Positions 9,691 to 18,995 of a DNA stretch of 64,000 nt are shown here, one piece after another. The translations under genes were made by a program, and so were the position numbers. Each line of letters starts with the position of its first letter. Position 1 is the first letter of the stretch. This DNA comes from Patescibacteria group bacterium (lineage in GTDB: Bacteria; Patescibacteriota; Patescibacteriia; UBA2591; JAQUPP01). Where the stretch lies: positions 349,046 through 413,045 of the forward strand of contig JAQUPP010000001.1 in the NCBI GenBank assembly GCA_028716665.1. Reading direction: 5' to 3'. Under the pieces are notes generated by a model. The model was not told the origin of the DNA, did no database searches, and saw nothing but the letters and a program-made list of their open reading frames with translations.

Positions 9691-10047
9691 ATGGCTAAAA
9701 ACAAATACGATTTAGAAGAAAGAACAGCAAAATTTGGCGAAGAAATCATTAAGTTTGCTAAGAAAATTCCAGAAAATGCGGTTAATAAACCTTTAATACC
9801 GCAATTAGTTAGAGCAGGAACTAGCGTAGGAGCAAATTATTGTGAAGCTGATAATGCTGAATCTAAAAAGGATTTTAAACACAAAATTGGAATTTGCAAA
9901 AAAGAATCAAGAGAAACCAAACATTGGTTGAGAATAATAGTTATTGCTGCGCCCGAACTAAAGGAAGAGGCAAGAATTTTATGGCAAGAAGCAAAAGAAT
10001 TAAATTTGATTTTTAATGCCATTGTTCATTCAATAAACAATAAATGA
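9691..10047 (+). CDS. Four-helix-bundle protein of the 23S rRNA intervening-sequence protein family (PF05635 / TIGR02436-like).
   Basis: 118 aa. Shows the characteristic N-terminal YDLEERTAKFGEEIIKF, then RAGTSVGANYCEA and KKDFKHKIGICKKESRETKHWLRI. Confidence 0.8.
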   Translation: MAKNKYDLEERTAKFGEEIIKFAKKIPENAVNKPLIPQLVRAGTSVGANYCEADNAESKKDFKHKIGICKKESRETKHWLRIIVIAAPELKEEARILWQEAKELNLIFNAIVHSINNK

Positions 10048-10065
10048 TTTGGTTATTAGACATTG

Positions 10066-10094
10066 ATTAGAAATTAGGTCAATTAGAAATTAGA
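10066..10094. repeat. Right inverted repeat GATTAGAAATTAGGTCAATTAGAAATTAGAT (two ATTAGAAATTAG units), the reverse complement of the left repeat.
   Basis: The 12-mer ATTAGAAATTAG occurs at 10067-10078 and 10082-10093. Its reverse complement is CTAATTTCTAAT, which is present at 9648-9659. Confidence 0.75.
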
Positions 10095-10104
10095 TATTTT
10101 TTTT

Positions 10105-10776
10105 ATGGCTTTTAGAACTCAATCCATTAAATTTGAAAGTTTGGGCACCATTTTGCGCGATAAAAGAATATCAGAAAGTTGGAGCTTGGAAGATGTTGAA
10201 AAAAAAATAGGCGTGCCGGCTAAATATTTACAATGCATAGAAGAAGACGAATTTTATAAATTGCCCAGTCCGACTTACACCAGAGGATTTTTATTGCAAT
10301 ATGCCGAATTATTGAGATTTAATCCGGAGGAAGTTGTTAATTTGTGGAAAAAAGAATATTCTTATTCGGCTATAAAAGAAACAAAAAACAAGAGAGTCAG
10401 AAAGTTGCCCTTGGTTGAATTCGGCAAAGAAAAATTTTTTGATATTTTCAATTCAAGATATTTTTTTATAGGTTTGGTTTCGTTGGGAGTTCTTCTTTAT
10501 CTTTTTTTCGGTATAAAAAAATTAATGTTTCCGCCGGAGATTCAGCTTTTTTCGCCCAGAACAAATTTGGTTACTCAAGAAACTGCCTTGGTGATTGAAG
10601 GGAAGGTGGGCGAAGGAGTGGATGTATTTATTAACAAGCAAAAGATTGAAGATATGACAGATAATTATTTTAAGGTGAAATTGGAACTTGAGAGAGGCAT
10701 AAATAATATTGAAATTTCGGCCAAAAAGAAATATTCAAGAGAACGAATCATTAAGCGCCAAATTATTGTAGAATAA
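10105..10776 (+). CDS. RodZ-like cytoskeleton/morphogenesis protein with an XRE-type HTH, one TM helix and a DUF4115-like C-terminal domain.
   Basis: N-terminal [46 protein letters not shown] (RodZ signature), TM segment [18 protein letters not shown], and a beta-rich C-terminus. Confidence 0.6.
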   Translation: MAFRTQSIKFESLGTILRDKRISESWSLEDVEKKIGVPAKYLQCIEEDEFYKLPSPTYTRGFLLQYAELLRFNPEEVVNLWKKEYSYSAIKETKNKRVRKLPLVEFGKEKFFDIFNSRYFFIGLVSLGVLLYLFFGIKKLMFPPEIQLFSPRTNLVTQETALVIEGKVGEGVDVFINKQKIEDMTDNYFKVKLELERGINNIEISAKKKYSRERIIKRQIIVE

Positions 10777-10781
10777 AATAT

Positions 10782-11780
10782 ATGAAAAATAAAAAAATAG
10801 CTTTTATTACCGGTATAACGGGCCAAGACGGCTCTTATTTGGCGGAATTGCTTTTAGACAAAGGATATGAAGTGCATGGATTGGTTCGTCGAAGCAGTAA
10901 TTCCAATTTGGAAAGAATTCAATATTTATTGGATAATCCTATTTATCAAAAAAGAATTTTTCTTCATTGGGGTGATTTATCTGATGCCAGCCGTCTTTTT
11001 CATTTAATTCAAGATATCAGACCGACTGAAATTTATAATTTGGCCGCTCAAAGCGATGTTAGAATCAGTTTTGACATGCCGGCTTATACAGCCGACGTAA
11101 CAGCGGTCGGAGTTTTAAGAATTTTGGAAGCTATCAGAAAAATAGATAAAAAAATTAAATTTTATCAAGCCAGTTCAAGCGAAATATTCGGTAAAATTAA
11201 AGAATTTCCTCAAAGCGAAAAAACCGAATTTCATCCGCGCAGCCCTTACGGCGTGGCGAAACTTTACGGTTATTGGATAACAAAAAATTATCGCGAAAGT
11301 TATGGTATTTTTGCTTGCAATGGCATTTTATTCAATCATGAATCTGAGCGCAGGGGAGATAATTTTGTTACGCGGAAAATAACTAAGGCCGTGGCCAGAA
11401 TCAAATTGGGATTGCAAAAAGATTTAATAATGGGAAATTTGGATGCTCAACGCGATTGGGGTTATGCGCCGGAATATGTCAAAGCGATGTATTTAATGCT
11501 GCAACAGAAAAAAGCGGATGATTTTGTGATCGCGACAGGCGAGACACATTCGGTTAAGGAATTTATTGAAGCAGCATTCAAATCCGCGGGGTTAGATTGG
11601 AAAAAATATGTTAAGCAAGATAAAAAATATTTGCGTCCGGCTGAAGTTGATATTTTGTGCGGCAATATTGCCAAAGCAAAAAAAGTTTTAAATTGGCAGC
11701 CCAAAATTAAATTTAAAGAATTGGTGAAAATAATGGTTGAGTCAGACATTGAATTAGCAAAAAAAGAACTTAAAAAATAA
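10782..11780 (+). CDS. gmd: GDP-mannose 4,6-dehydratase.
   Basis: [61 protein letters not shown]. These are canonical Gmd motifs. Confidence 0.9.
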   Translation: MKNKKIAFITGITGQDGSYLAELLLDKGYEVHGLVRRSSNSNLERIQYLLDNPIYQKRIFLHWGDLSDASRLFHLIQDIRPTEIYNLAAQSDVRISFDMPAYTADVTAVGVLRILEAIRKIDKKIKFYQASSSEIFGKIKEFPQSEKTEFHPRSPYGVAKLYGYWITKNYRESYGIFACNGILFNHESERRGDNFVTRKITKAVARIKLGLQKDLIMGNLDAQRDWGYAPEYVKAMYLMLQQKKADDFVIATGETHSVKEFIEAAFKSAGLDWKKYVKQDKKYLRPAEVDILCGNIAKAKKVLNWQPKIKFKELVKIMVESDIELAKKELKK

Positions 11781-11802
11781 AATTAATAATTTAAAATAAT
11801 AT

Positions 11803-12828
11803 ATGGTTAAAAAAGAAGAAGAAAAAAAAGAAGACAAAACAACTGATCGTCAAAAAGCCGCTCAATCGGCGATTGAACAAATACAATCCAGATTCGGCGA
11901 AGGATCAATTATGAAATTGGGTGAGGCCAGAAAAATGGACGTAGAAGTTATTCCTACCGGATGTTTATCTTTGGACTTGGCTTTGGGCGCGGGCGGAGTG
12001 CCAAAAGGAAGAATAATTGAAATTTTTGGTCCGGAAATGTCAGGTAAAAGCACTCTAGCACTTTATGTGGTGGCTGAAGCTCAAAAAATGGGCGGAGTTG
12101 CCGCTTATGTTGATGCTGAGCACGCTTTAGACCCGGAATATGCCAAAAAAATAGGAGTTAAAATTGATGATCTTTTAATTTCTCAACCAGACACCGGAGA
12201 ACAGGCCTTAGAGATTGTTGAGACCTTAGTTCGCTCTAATGGCGTAGATGTGATTGTGATTGATTCTGTGGCTGCTCTGACGCCGCAAAAGGAGATTGAG
12301 GGGGAAATGGGCGATTCGCAAATGGGCTTGCAAGCGCGGTTAATGAGTCAGGCTTTAAGAAAATTGACAGCCATTGTCAGTAAAACTCACACTTGCGTTA
12401 TTTTTATCAATCAAATCAGAATGAAAATTGGCGTATTTTTCGGCAATCCGGAAACCACTACCGGTGGAATGGCTCTTAAATTTTATTCTTCAGTGCGAAT
12501 TGAATTGCGTCGTTTAGCCCAACTTAAAAGAGGCGAAGATGTGATAGGAAATAAGGTCAGGGTTAAAATAGTTAAAAATAAAGTTGCTCCGCCGTTTACG
12601 ACCTGTGAATTTGAAATTATGTACAATGAAGGAATTTCGCGAACAGGAGATTTGATAAATCTCGGTTTGAAATATAATTTGGTTAAAAAGACAGGTAATA
12701 CTTTGAGTTATGGCGATATCAAACTTGGCGTTGGCCAAGAAGCTCCTAAATTATTTTTGAAAGAAAATCCAAAAATCGCTCAAGAGCTGAAAAAGAATAT
12801 TATTCAGGCGGCTAAAGAAAAGAAGTAA
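11803..12828 (+). CDS. recA: Recombinase RecA.
   Basis: [17 protein letters not shown] (Walker A), [32 protein letters not shown]. Confidence 0.95.
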   Translation: MVKKEEEKKEDKTTDRQKAAQSAIEQIQSRFGEGSIMKLGEARKMDVEVIPTGCLSLDLALGAGGVPKGRIIEIFGPEMSGKSTLALYVVAEAQKMGGVAAYVDAEHALDPEYAKKIGVKIDDLLISQPDTGEQALEIVETLVRSNGVDVIVIDSVAALTPQKEIEGEMGDSQMGLQARLMSQALRKLTAIVSKTHTCVIFINQIRMKIGVFFGNPETTTGGMALKFYSSVRIELRRLAQLKRGEDVIGNKVRVKIVKNKVAPPFTTCEFEIMYNEGISRTGDLINLGLKYNLVKKTGNTLSYGDIKLGVGQEAPKLFLKENPKIAQELKKNIIQAAKEKK

Positions 12829-12863
12829 GCAAATAAGCTTACCAAGAAATAAGTTAAATAAAT

Positions 12864-12900
12864 AAAAATATCCGGGATTAACCGGATATTTTTATTTATT
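12864..12900. terminator. Bidirectional rho-independent terminator between convergent recA and the Wzz-like gene. Perfect 12-bp stem AAAAATATCCGG/CCGGATATTTTT, loop GATTAA, and a T-tract.
   Basis: Inverted repeat 12864-12875 / 12882-12893 followed by TTTATTTATTTT. T/A runs are present on both strands. Confidence 0.75.
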
Positions 12901-12915
12901 TTGTCTATTTTTTAT

Positions 12916-13848
12916 TTATGCTTGTTTGCTTTTACTGAAATATTCAGCGCCAAATGCCCAGAGAAGGCTAATAAATAATCCAAGAATTCCGGCAATCGCC
13001 ACGTTTTGCGTTCTTTTGGGTGCGATTCTTATATCGGGCGGGGTGGCAGGCACTTCAATGGTTGTTGACTTTACTTGATAAGTTTTTTCGTATTCTTTTT
13101 GTTGAAGATTTTGATTAAGACTGATTAATTGCTGTTCAAGATCAGAAATTTGCTGTTCTTTTTGATCTTTTTGGTTTTTAGTATTTGCTAAAAGTTGAAT
13201 ATAGGCCTCAGTTATTCGGCCTTGACCCTCAGATTGCGCTTCGGCTCGCTCGCTGATTTCTTTGGTATAAAATTTTACATCATTATTAAGGCGGATTATT
13301 TCTGTTTTTGTTTGTTCAATATCTTTTTTAATTTTTTCTTGATTAGCGGCAATAGTTTTTATTTCCAGATTAAAAGTTTTTTCGGCTTCTAAAAATAAGT
13401 TTTGATGTCGTTGAATCAATAATTCCGCGATTAGATTGGACACCTCCGCCGCTTTTTGCGGTGTTTGTCCAAATCCTTTTATTTTTAAAAAAGATGATCC
13501 GTCTCCCTGTTCTATGGAAAACATTTTAGCCACTTTTGCTTGCGAAATCGTAGATGGAAAATTTAATTTTGTGGCAATTGTTTCTAAAATAGTTTTGCGA
13601 GAAAAAATATCTTTAATATCAGCTACATTTTCTAAATTAACCAATGCATCTTGATTTTTTATCTGTCCCAATTTAACCAAGGTCACCGCCTCAAAAGTTT
13701 GGGGGAGCCGCAGGTTGATTATTACCGAAACAATGGCTATAACGAGGAAAATAGTAATAATTGCCCATTTTCTTTTTAGGACAACATTAATATAATCTCT
13801 TAAATCAATTTTTTCTTCATTATTGTAATTTTTTTCTTGATTTTCCAT
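12916..13848 (-). CDS. Polysaccharide chain-length determinant (Wzz/GumC-type polysaccharide co-polymerase). N- and C-terminal TM helices flank a coiled-coil periplasmic region.
   Basis: KIDLRDYINVVLKRKWAIITIFLVIAIV (Wzz N-terminus with TM1), a long coiled-coil, and a C-terminal TM VAIAGILGLFISLLWAFGA. Confidence 0.7.
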   Translation of the reverse strand: MENQEKNYNNEEKIDLRDYINVVLKRKWAIITIFLVIAIVSVIINLRLPQTFEAVTLVKLGQIKNQDALVNLENVADIKDIFSRKTILETIATKLNFPSTISQAKVAKMFSIEQGDGSSFLKIKGFGQTPQKAAEVSNLIAELLIQRHQNLFLEAEKTFNLEIKTIAANQEKIKKDIEQTKTEIIRLNNDVKFYTKEISERAEAQSEGQGRITEAYIQLLANTKNQKDQKEQQISDLEQQLISLNQNLQQKEYEKTYQVKSTTIEVPATPPDIRIAPKRTQNVAIAGILGLFISLLWAFGAEYFSKSKQA

Positions 13849-13862
13849 ATTTTTAATTTTTG

Positions 13863-15722
13863 TTATTTATACGTCGGAATAATTTCTTTTAATATTTTAA
13901 TTATACTATTTTTATCCATTTTATCAAGGGCTTGTTTAAATTTTTCTAATCCCCGGATTATTTTTTGTTCATCAAAATTAGAAAGTTTGGCCATGAATAT
14001 TTTTTCATGTTTGGTCGGTATTTCGGAATTTGTTAAAATTTCTTCAAATAATTTTTCACCCGGACGCATTTGAGTAAAAACAATAGGAATATCAACATCA
14101 GATTCATAACCTGCTAAACGGATCATTTCTTTTGCCAGATCCACTATTTTAATCGGTTGACCCATGTCTAAGACAAAAACTTCACCACCTTGACCCAGCG
14201 CGCCGGCTTGCATTACCAATAAACAAGCCTCGGAAGTGACCATAAAATATCTTTTCATCTCCGGATGTGTGACTTCAACTGGACCGCCTTTTTTAATTTG
14301 TTCTTCAAAAATTCCAACCACATTGCCTTGACTATCCAGAACATTACCAAAGCGAACAGCGCAGAATTTAGTCAGATTTTTTTTATTTAACCAAAGACAA
14401 ATCATTTCTCCGACTTGTTTAGTTGCGCCCATAACAGAGGTAGGATTAACAGCTTTATCGGTAGAAATGAGAACAAATTTATCTACTCCATGTTTTGTCG
14501 CTGCTTGAGCCAATGTTAACGTGCCAAAAACGTTATTTTTAATAGCTTCTAATGGATGTGATTCCATTACCGGTACATGTTTATAAGCCGCAGCGTGAAA
14601 AATAACATTTGGTTTTTCTGTTTCAAATAGCCAATTTATTTTTTTTTCATCGCAAATATCGCCAATTTCAAAACTTTTTGCAATATTCGGAAATTCTTTA
14701 TTAAGGTTTCTTCCAAGATGAAAAAGTCCGGTTTCATTTTGATCAAAGGCGATAAGGCGGGCAGGATTAAATTTTAAAATTTCTTGACAAAGATGCGAGC
14801 CGATAGAACCGGCAGCGCCGGTAACCAATATTGTTTTTCCACTAATAAAATTTTGAATAGCTTGGGTGTCAATTTTAATCGCTTCTCTGCCCAGTAAATC
14901 TTCAATTGAGACATCGCGCAACTGATTTAAGCTTACTTTTTCAGCTAAAATTTCTCTTGTACCGGGTAAAATTTTAATTTTTTGAATACCGGCTTCGCGG
15001 GCTAATTTTACGGTTTCTCTGATAATTTCTTGCGGAGCTGATGGCGAAGCAATAATTAATTCTTTAATTTCGTGTTTTTTAACGATTTTCGGAATATCAA
15101 TTCTTTTGCCTAAAACTTTTTTCCCATGAATCAACACTCCTTGCTTCATAAGATTATCATCAATTAAGCCGACAATAGCATAAGGGCTGTCTTTGGAGGT
15201 AATAATATGTCGCACTAATTGTTCAGCAGCGTCATCGGATCCAACAATTAAAACAGGCCTGAGACGCGGAGCGCTGCGTTGAAATTCTTGAAGATAAATT
15301 CTCTTAGAAAAACGTAATCCGCCGGTTAAGAAAAATGTTAAAAAGGCGGTAATAAAAATAATAGAACGGGGGAATCCTTCAAAAAGAGGAAAAATTTTTA
15401 AAATATAAATAGTTGTTCCAATTAAAAGGAAGCTGATTATTACGGCTCGTCCAAGTTTAAAAAGTTCTGAAATACTAACAAAAGACCAACTAATGGCATA
15501 AAGTTTTTCCAGCCAAAAAAAGAAAATAATTAACGGAATAGTCAGTTCAATAAATCCTTTTATCATTGGAATATATTGAACCGGAATCTTGCCGTCAAAA
15601 CGCAGTAAAAAACTTAGCCAACAGGCTAGTATTATAAAAGCAACATCGCCAAGCAAAAAGAAAAACGTTCTTTTGGCTGTTGTACGCGCAAAAATTTTTT
15701 GTTTAAGTTTTTCTAGAACCAT
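13863..15722 (-). CDS. Membrane-anchored UDP-GlcNAc 4,6-dehydratase/epimerase of the WbpM/PglF/CapD family.
   Basis: Four N-terminal TM helices, followed by a Rossmann motif ILVTGAAGSIGSHLCQEI and SDR-type YK catalytic residues (AAYKHV). Confidence 0.85.
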   Translation of the reverse strand: MVLEKLKQKIFARTTAKRTFFFLLGDVAFIILACWLSFLLRFDGKIPVQYIPMIKGFIELTIPLIIFFFWLEKLYAISWSFVSISELFKLGRAVIISFLLIGTTIYILKIFPLFEGFPRSIIFITAFLTFFLTGGLRFSKRIYLQEFQRSAPRLRPVLIVGSDDAAEQLVRHIITSKDSPYAIVGLIDDNLMKQGVLIHGKKVLGKRIDIPKIVKKHEIKELIIASPSAPQEIIRETVKLAREAGIQKIKILPGTREILAEKVSLNQLRDVSIEDLLGREAIKIDTQAIQNFISGKTILVTGAAGSIGSHLCQEILKFNPARLIAFDQNETGLFHLGRNLNKEFPNIAKSFEIGDICDEKKINWLFETEKPNVIFHAAAYKHVPVMESHPLEAIKNNVFGTLTLAQAATKHGVDKFVLISTDKAVNPTSVMGATKQVGEMICLWLNKKNLTKFCAVRFGNVLDSQGNVVGIFEEQIKKGGPVEVTHPEMKRYFMVTSEACLLVMQAGALGQGGEVFVLDMGQPIKIVDLAKEMIRLAGYESDVDIPIVFTQMRPGEKLFEEILTNSEIPTKHEKIFMAKLSNFDEQKIIRGLEKFKQALDKMDKNSIIKILKEIIPTYK

Positions 15723-15736
15723 TTTAAATTGTTTTA

Positions 15737-16906
15737 TTATTTCTGATAAAATTTTTTAATATTTTCAACCACCCAATCTATTTGAGTATTGGTTAACTCA
15801 GGATACATTGGCAAAGAGATAACTTCATGGCAGATTTTTTTCGTTTCCGGAAGTTCTACGGCAATACCTTTGGTTGATACTAATTTAGGCATTCCGAATT
15901 CTTGATTAAATTTAGAACTAGCAAATACAGGTTCTTTATAAGTTGGCGAGGGCCAAGAAATAAGCGTTTCAATGCTTTGTTTTTCTAAATATTTTTTAAG
16001 TTCATCGCGGCGTTCGGCTCGAATTACATAATTGGTATAAATGTCGGAAAAACGATTATCGTCAAAATGAGGGAGTTTGATTTGCGGAATATTAGCCAAT
16101 CCTTGTTGATATTTTTTAGCGATTTCCTTGCGCCGTTTAAGCCATGTCGGAAAATATTTGAATTTTACATTTAAAAGTGCAGCGTGCAAGTTATCCATTA
16201 AAAGATTGTGGCTGTGATAATAAAAATGGCGTTTTCTCCGATCTTCGCCATTATAGCGCATTAATTTTACTGCTTCGGCGATTTTGGAATCATTGGTAAC
16301 CAACATACCGTTATTGCCCCAGCCACCCAAGGTTTTGGCCCAATAAAGACTAAAACAACCGGCTGTACCGAAAGAACCGGCTTTTTTATTAGTACCATCC
16401 GACATTTTTAAAGTGGCACCCAGAGCTTGTGCGGCATCTTCAATAACCATAAGTCCTTTTCGTTTGGCAATATCCATGATTACTTCCATATCGCATAAAC
16501 GGCCGTTCAAATGGACGGGCTCAATAGCTTTTGTTTTTGGCGTTAAAGCTTTTTCAATTAATTTTGGGTTCATATTAAAGTCGTTGCCGACATCAATAAG
16601 AACCGGTTTGGCTCCGGTCAAATAGACACAAGAAAGGCTGGCAATGAAAGTGTGGGCGACGGTTATTACTTCGTCATTTTTTTTAATACCAGCTGCTTTT
16701 AGCCCAAGATAAACGGCTGAAGTTCCAGAATTAACGCCAATCGCATATTTAGTGCCGACAAATTCAGCAAAATCTTTTTCAAATTTTTCCAAATCTTTGC
16801 GCATTACAATATCACCACGCGAAAGAACATCGTCAAAAGTTTGAATAAATTCTTTGCGATGGTCTTGATATTGTTTTTGTGGATTGGCGAAACGAACTTT
16901 ATACAT
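15737..16906 (-). CDS. DegT/DnrJ/EryC1/StrS-family PLP-dependent sugar aminotransferase.
   Basis: NSGTSAVYLGLKAAGIKKNDEVITVAHTFIAS and the overall DegT architecture. Confidence 0.85.
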   Translation of the reverse strand: MYKVRFANPQKQYQDHRKEFIQTFDDVLSRGDIVMRKDLEKFEKDFAEFVGTKYAIGVNSGTSAVYLGLKAAGIKKNDEVITVAHTFIASLSCVYLTGAKPVLIDVGNDFNMNPKLIEKALTPKTKAIEPVHLNGRLCDMEVIMDIAKRKGLMVIEDAAQALGATLKMSDGTNKKAGSFGTAGCFSLYWAKTLGGWGNNGMLVTNDSKIAEAVKLMRYNGEDRRKRHFYYHSHNLLMDNLHAALLNVKFKYFPTWLKRRKEIAKKYQQGLANIPQIKLPHFDDNRFSDIYTNYVIRAERRDELKKYLEKQSIETLISWPSPTYKEPVFASSKFNQEFGMPKLVSTKGIAVELPETKKICHEVISLPMYPELTNTQIDWVVENIKKFYQK

Positions 16907-17909
16907 AGTTTAAAATATTTTTTACCTTTTTAATTACATCTTTAGATGTTAAATAATAAGCTTGTTCTAATATTTTACTGACCGGTGCAGGACAATCAGG
17001 CAGGCAAAGTCTTTCAATTGGTGCTTTAAGATATTTAAAAGATTGCCTTGCTATCTGACTATTAATTTCACTACTAATACTACCGCTAGACCAAGCAGCT
17101 TCGGTGATAAGCAAACGGCCCGTTTTTTTAACCGATTTAATAATTAGAGGAATATCTATGGGCCAAGCGCTTCTTAAATCAATTATTTCAGCATCGATTT
17201 TTTGTTTTCTTAATTCTGCTGCCGCTATTAGCGCTTCTTTGACCATATAAGAAATGGCTACAATAGTGATATCTTTCCCGATTTTTCTGATTGCGCCCTT
17301 ACCGATGGGTACTGAGTATATTTTTTGCGGTACATGATCTTTGACATCATAAAGCCAGCGATCGTCAATATAAATGACAGGATTAGGGTCACGAATAGCA
17401 GAAATCATTAATCCTTTGGCGTCATAGGCAGTTGCCGGCATTACTACTTTTAATCCGGGAATATGAGTGAATAGAGATTGAAGGGCCTGAGAATGTTGAG
17501 CACCTTGTTCACCGCCACGATTAATAATAGCACGAATAACTACATCTGCATTAGCTTTTCCTCCAAACATATAGTGCCAATTTGCTGCTTCATTTATAAT
17601 CGGATCAAGAGCATACATCATAAAATCCATTCGAGGAAAAATAACAATAGGTTTCATGTTAACCATTCCAGCTCCTATTCCTACACCCGTTGTTACATTT
17701 TCAGAGATTGGTGTGTCCATAACCATTTTGGGACCGAATTTTTTTAATAGATCACGGCAAGTATTACCGACATACCAAGGACTTTTTACCCCCTGACCAA
17801 TAACAAAAACAGATTTATTTTTTGACATCATTTGATAAACTGCTTCATTAATAGCCAAGCTATATGAGAGAAATCTTTTATTTATTTGTTTTTTATTTTT
17901 TAAAAACAT
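16899..17909 (-). CDS. TPP-dependent 2-oxoacid dehydrogenase E1 beta-like subunit (transketolase pyrimidine-binding domain plus C-terminal domain).
   Basis: Length and motifs of E1-beta (VIGQGV..., FGGEQGAQHSQ, C-terminal transketolase-C domain). It overlaps and is translationally coupled with the E1 alpha-like gene. Confidence 0.75.
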   Translation of the reverse strand: MFLKNKKQINKRFLSYSLAINEAVYQMMSKNKSVFVIGQGVKSPWYVGNTCRDLLKKFGPKMVMDTPISENVTTGVGIGAGMVNMKPIVIFPRMDFMMYALDPIINEAANWHYMFGGKANADVVIRAIINRGGEQGAQHSQALQSLFTHIPGLKVVMPATAYDAKGLMISAIRDPNPVIYIDDRWLYDVKDHVPQKIYSVPIGKGAIRKIGKDITIVAISYMVKEALIAAAELRKQKIDAEIIDLRSAWPIDIPLIIKSVKKTGRLLITEAAWSSGSISSEINSQIARQSFKYLKAPIERLCLPDCPAPVSKILEQAYYLTSKDVIKKVKNILNYV

Positions 17910-18882
17910 ATTTTAATAGTTCATTTTTTTTAGGATAAGGACTGTGACGAGAAAAGGTTTTAGCTTGCTCAATTTTTTTATTTATTTTTTGATAATTTTT
18001 TTTAATTTTAGATTGATCTAAAAATTTATTTTTGATCAAAAATTTTTCCATTTTTTTTATAGGATCCCTTTTTTTCCATACTTCAATTTCTCTTGATTTC
18101 CTTATATCAGTGTGCGTTCCTTGAATATTGTCGTCTGGTCCAACATGACCACGCATACGGTAGGTTAAAAATTCGATAAAAGCCGGCCCCTTATGTTTTT
18201 TAATTTGAGTAATCATTTTTTTGGCGGTTTCAAAAACTTTAATTACATCATTTCCATCAGCACGTACTGATTTAATGCCATAAGTTTTTGGCTGAAGATA
18301 AATTTTTGGATTAGCCAATGATTCTGTAATCGGCATATGGGTAGCATATAAATTATTTTCGCAAATAAATAAAATTGGTAATTTATGTAAAGCGGAAAAA
18401 TTAAATGCTTCCGAAATTACTCCTTCGGCCGTTGCCCCATCACCAAAAAAAGTAACAGTTAAACGATTCTTTTTTTTAATTTTTAAAGCCAAGGCCGTAC
18501 CAACAGCAAGGGGAACAGTACCTGCAATAATTGGGGTGGCTCCTAAAAAACCAGCCTTTTTGTCAATAATATGCATTGATCCTCCTCTGCCTCGCGAGCA
18601 GCCAGTTGATTTACCAAAAATTTCGGACATTAAAGCTTTTAGGTCTCCACCTTTAGCTAAATAATGACCGTGTGAACGATGATTGCCAAAAGCATAGTCT
18701 TTTTTATTTAAAGCCGCACAAACCCCGACTGCAACGGCTTCTTCTCCGGTATAAAGATGGCAGGGTGTTTTAATTTCACCACTTAAAATTGGCTCAATTA
18801 AACTCTCTTCAAATAAACGAATTTCCAACATTTGCTGATAAAGTTTAAGTAAAAATGATTTTGAATATTTTGATTTTGTCAT
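17893..18882 (-). CDS. TPP-dependent 2-oxoacid dehydrogenase E1 alpha-like subunit.
   Basis: HLYTGEEAVAVG, RSHGHYLAKG, GRGGSMH, and the TPP-binding GDGATAEG...ENNLYA motif. Confidence 0.8.
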   Translation of the reverse strand: MTKSKYSKSFLLKLYQQMLEIRLFEESLIEPILSGEIKTPCHLYTGEEAVAVGVCAALNKKDYAFGNHRSHGHYLAKGGDLKALMSEIFGKSTGCSRGRGGSMHIIDKKAGFLGATPIIAGTVPLAVGTALALKIKKKNRLTVTFFGDGATAEGVISEAFNFSALHKLPILFICENNLYATHMPITESLANPKIYLQPKTYGIKSVRADGNDVIKVFETAKKMITQIKKHKGPAFIEFLTYRMRGHVGPDDNIQGTHTDIRKSREIEVWKKRDPIKKMEKFLIKNKFLDQSKIKKNYQKINKKIEQAKTFSRHSPYPKKNELLKYVFKK

Positions 18883-18995
18883 TTTGTTTTAGTTAAATAA
18901 AAATTATTTTCCCTTAATGTATTCAGTTTATTCTTTAATAATATTAGAGAATTATAGCGATTTGTCAAGTTTGTTTGGTTATATGAATTTATTCA

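Noticed and set aside
18945-18975. TTGACA and TATAAT hexamers on the minus strand (reverse complement of gagaattatagcgatttgtcaag) in the only sizeable gap of the minus-strand array.
   Set aside because: The two hexamers are separated by only 6 nt, so they cannot form a canonical sigma70 promoter together. The TATAAT alone might act as a -10 element, but the support is too weak to call.
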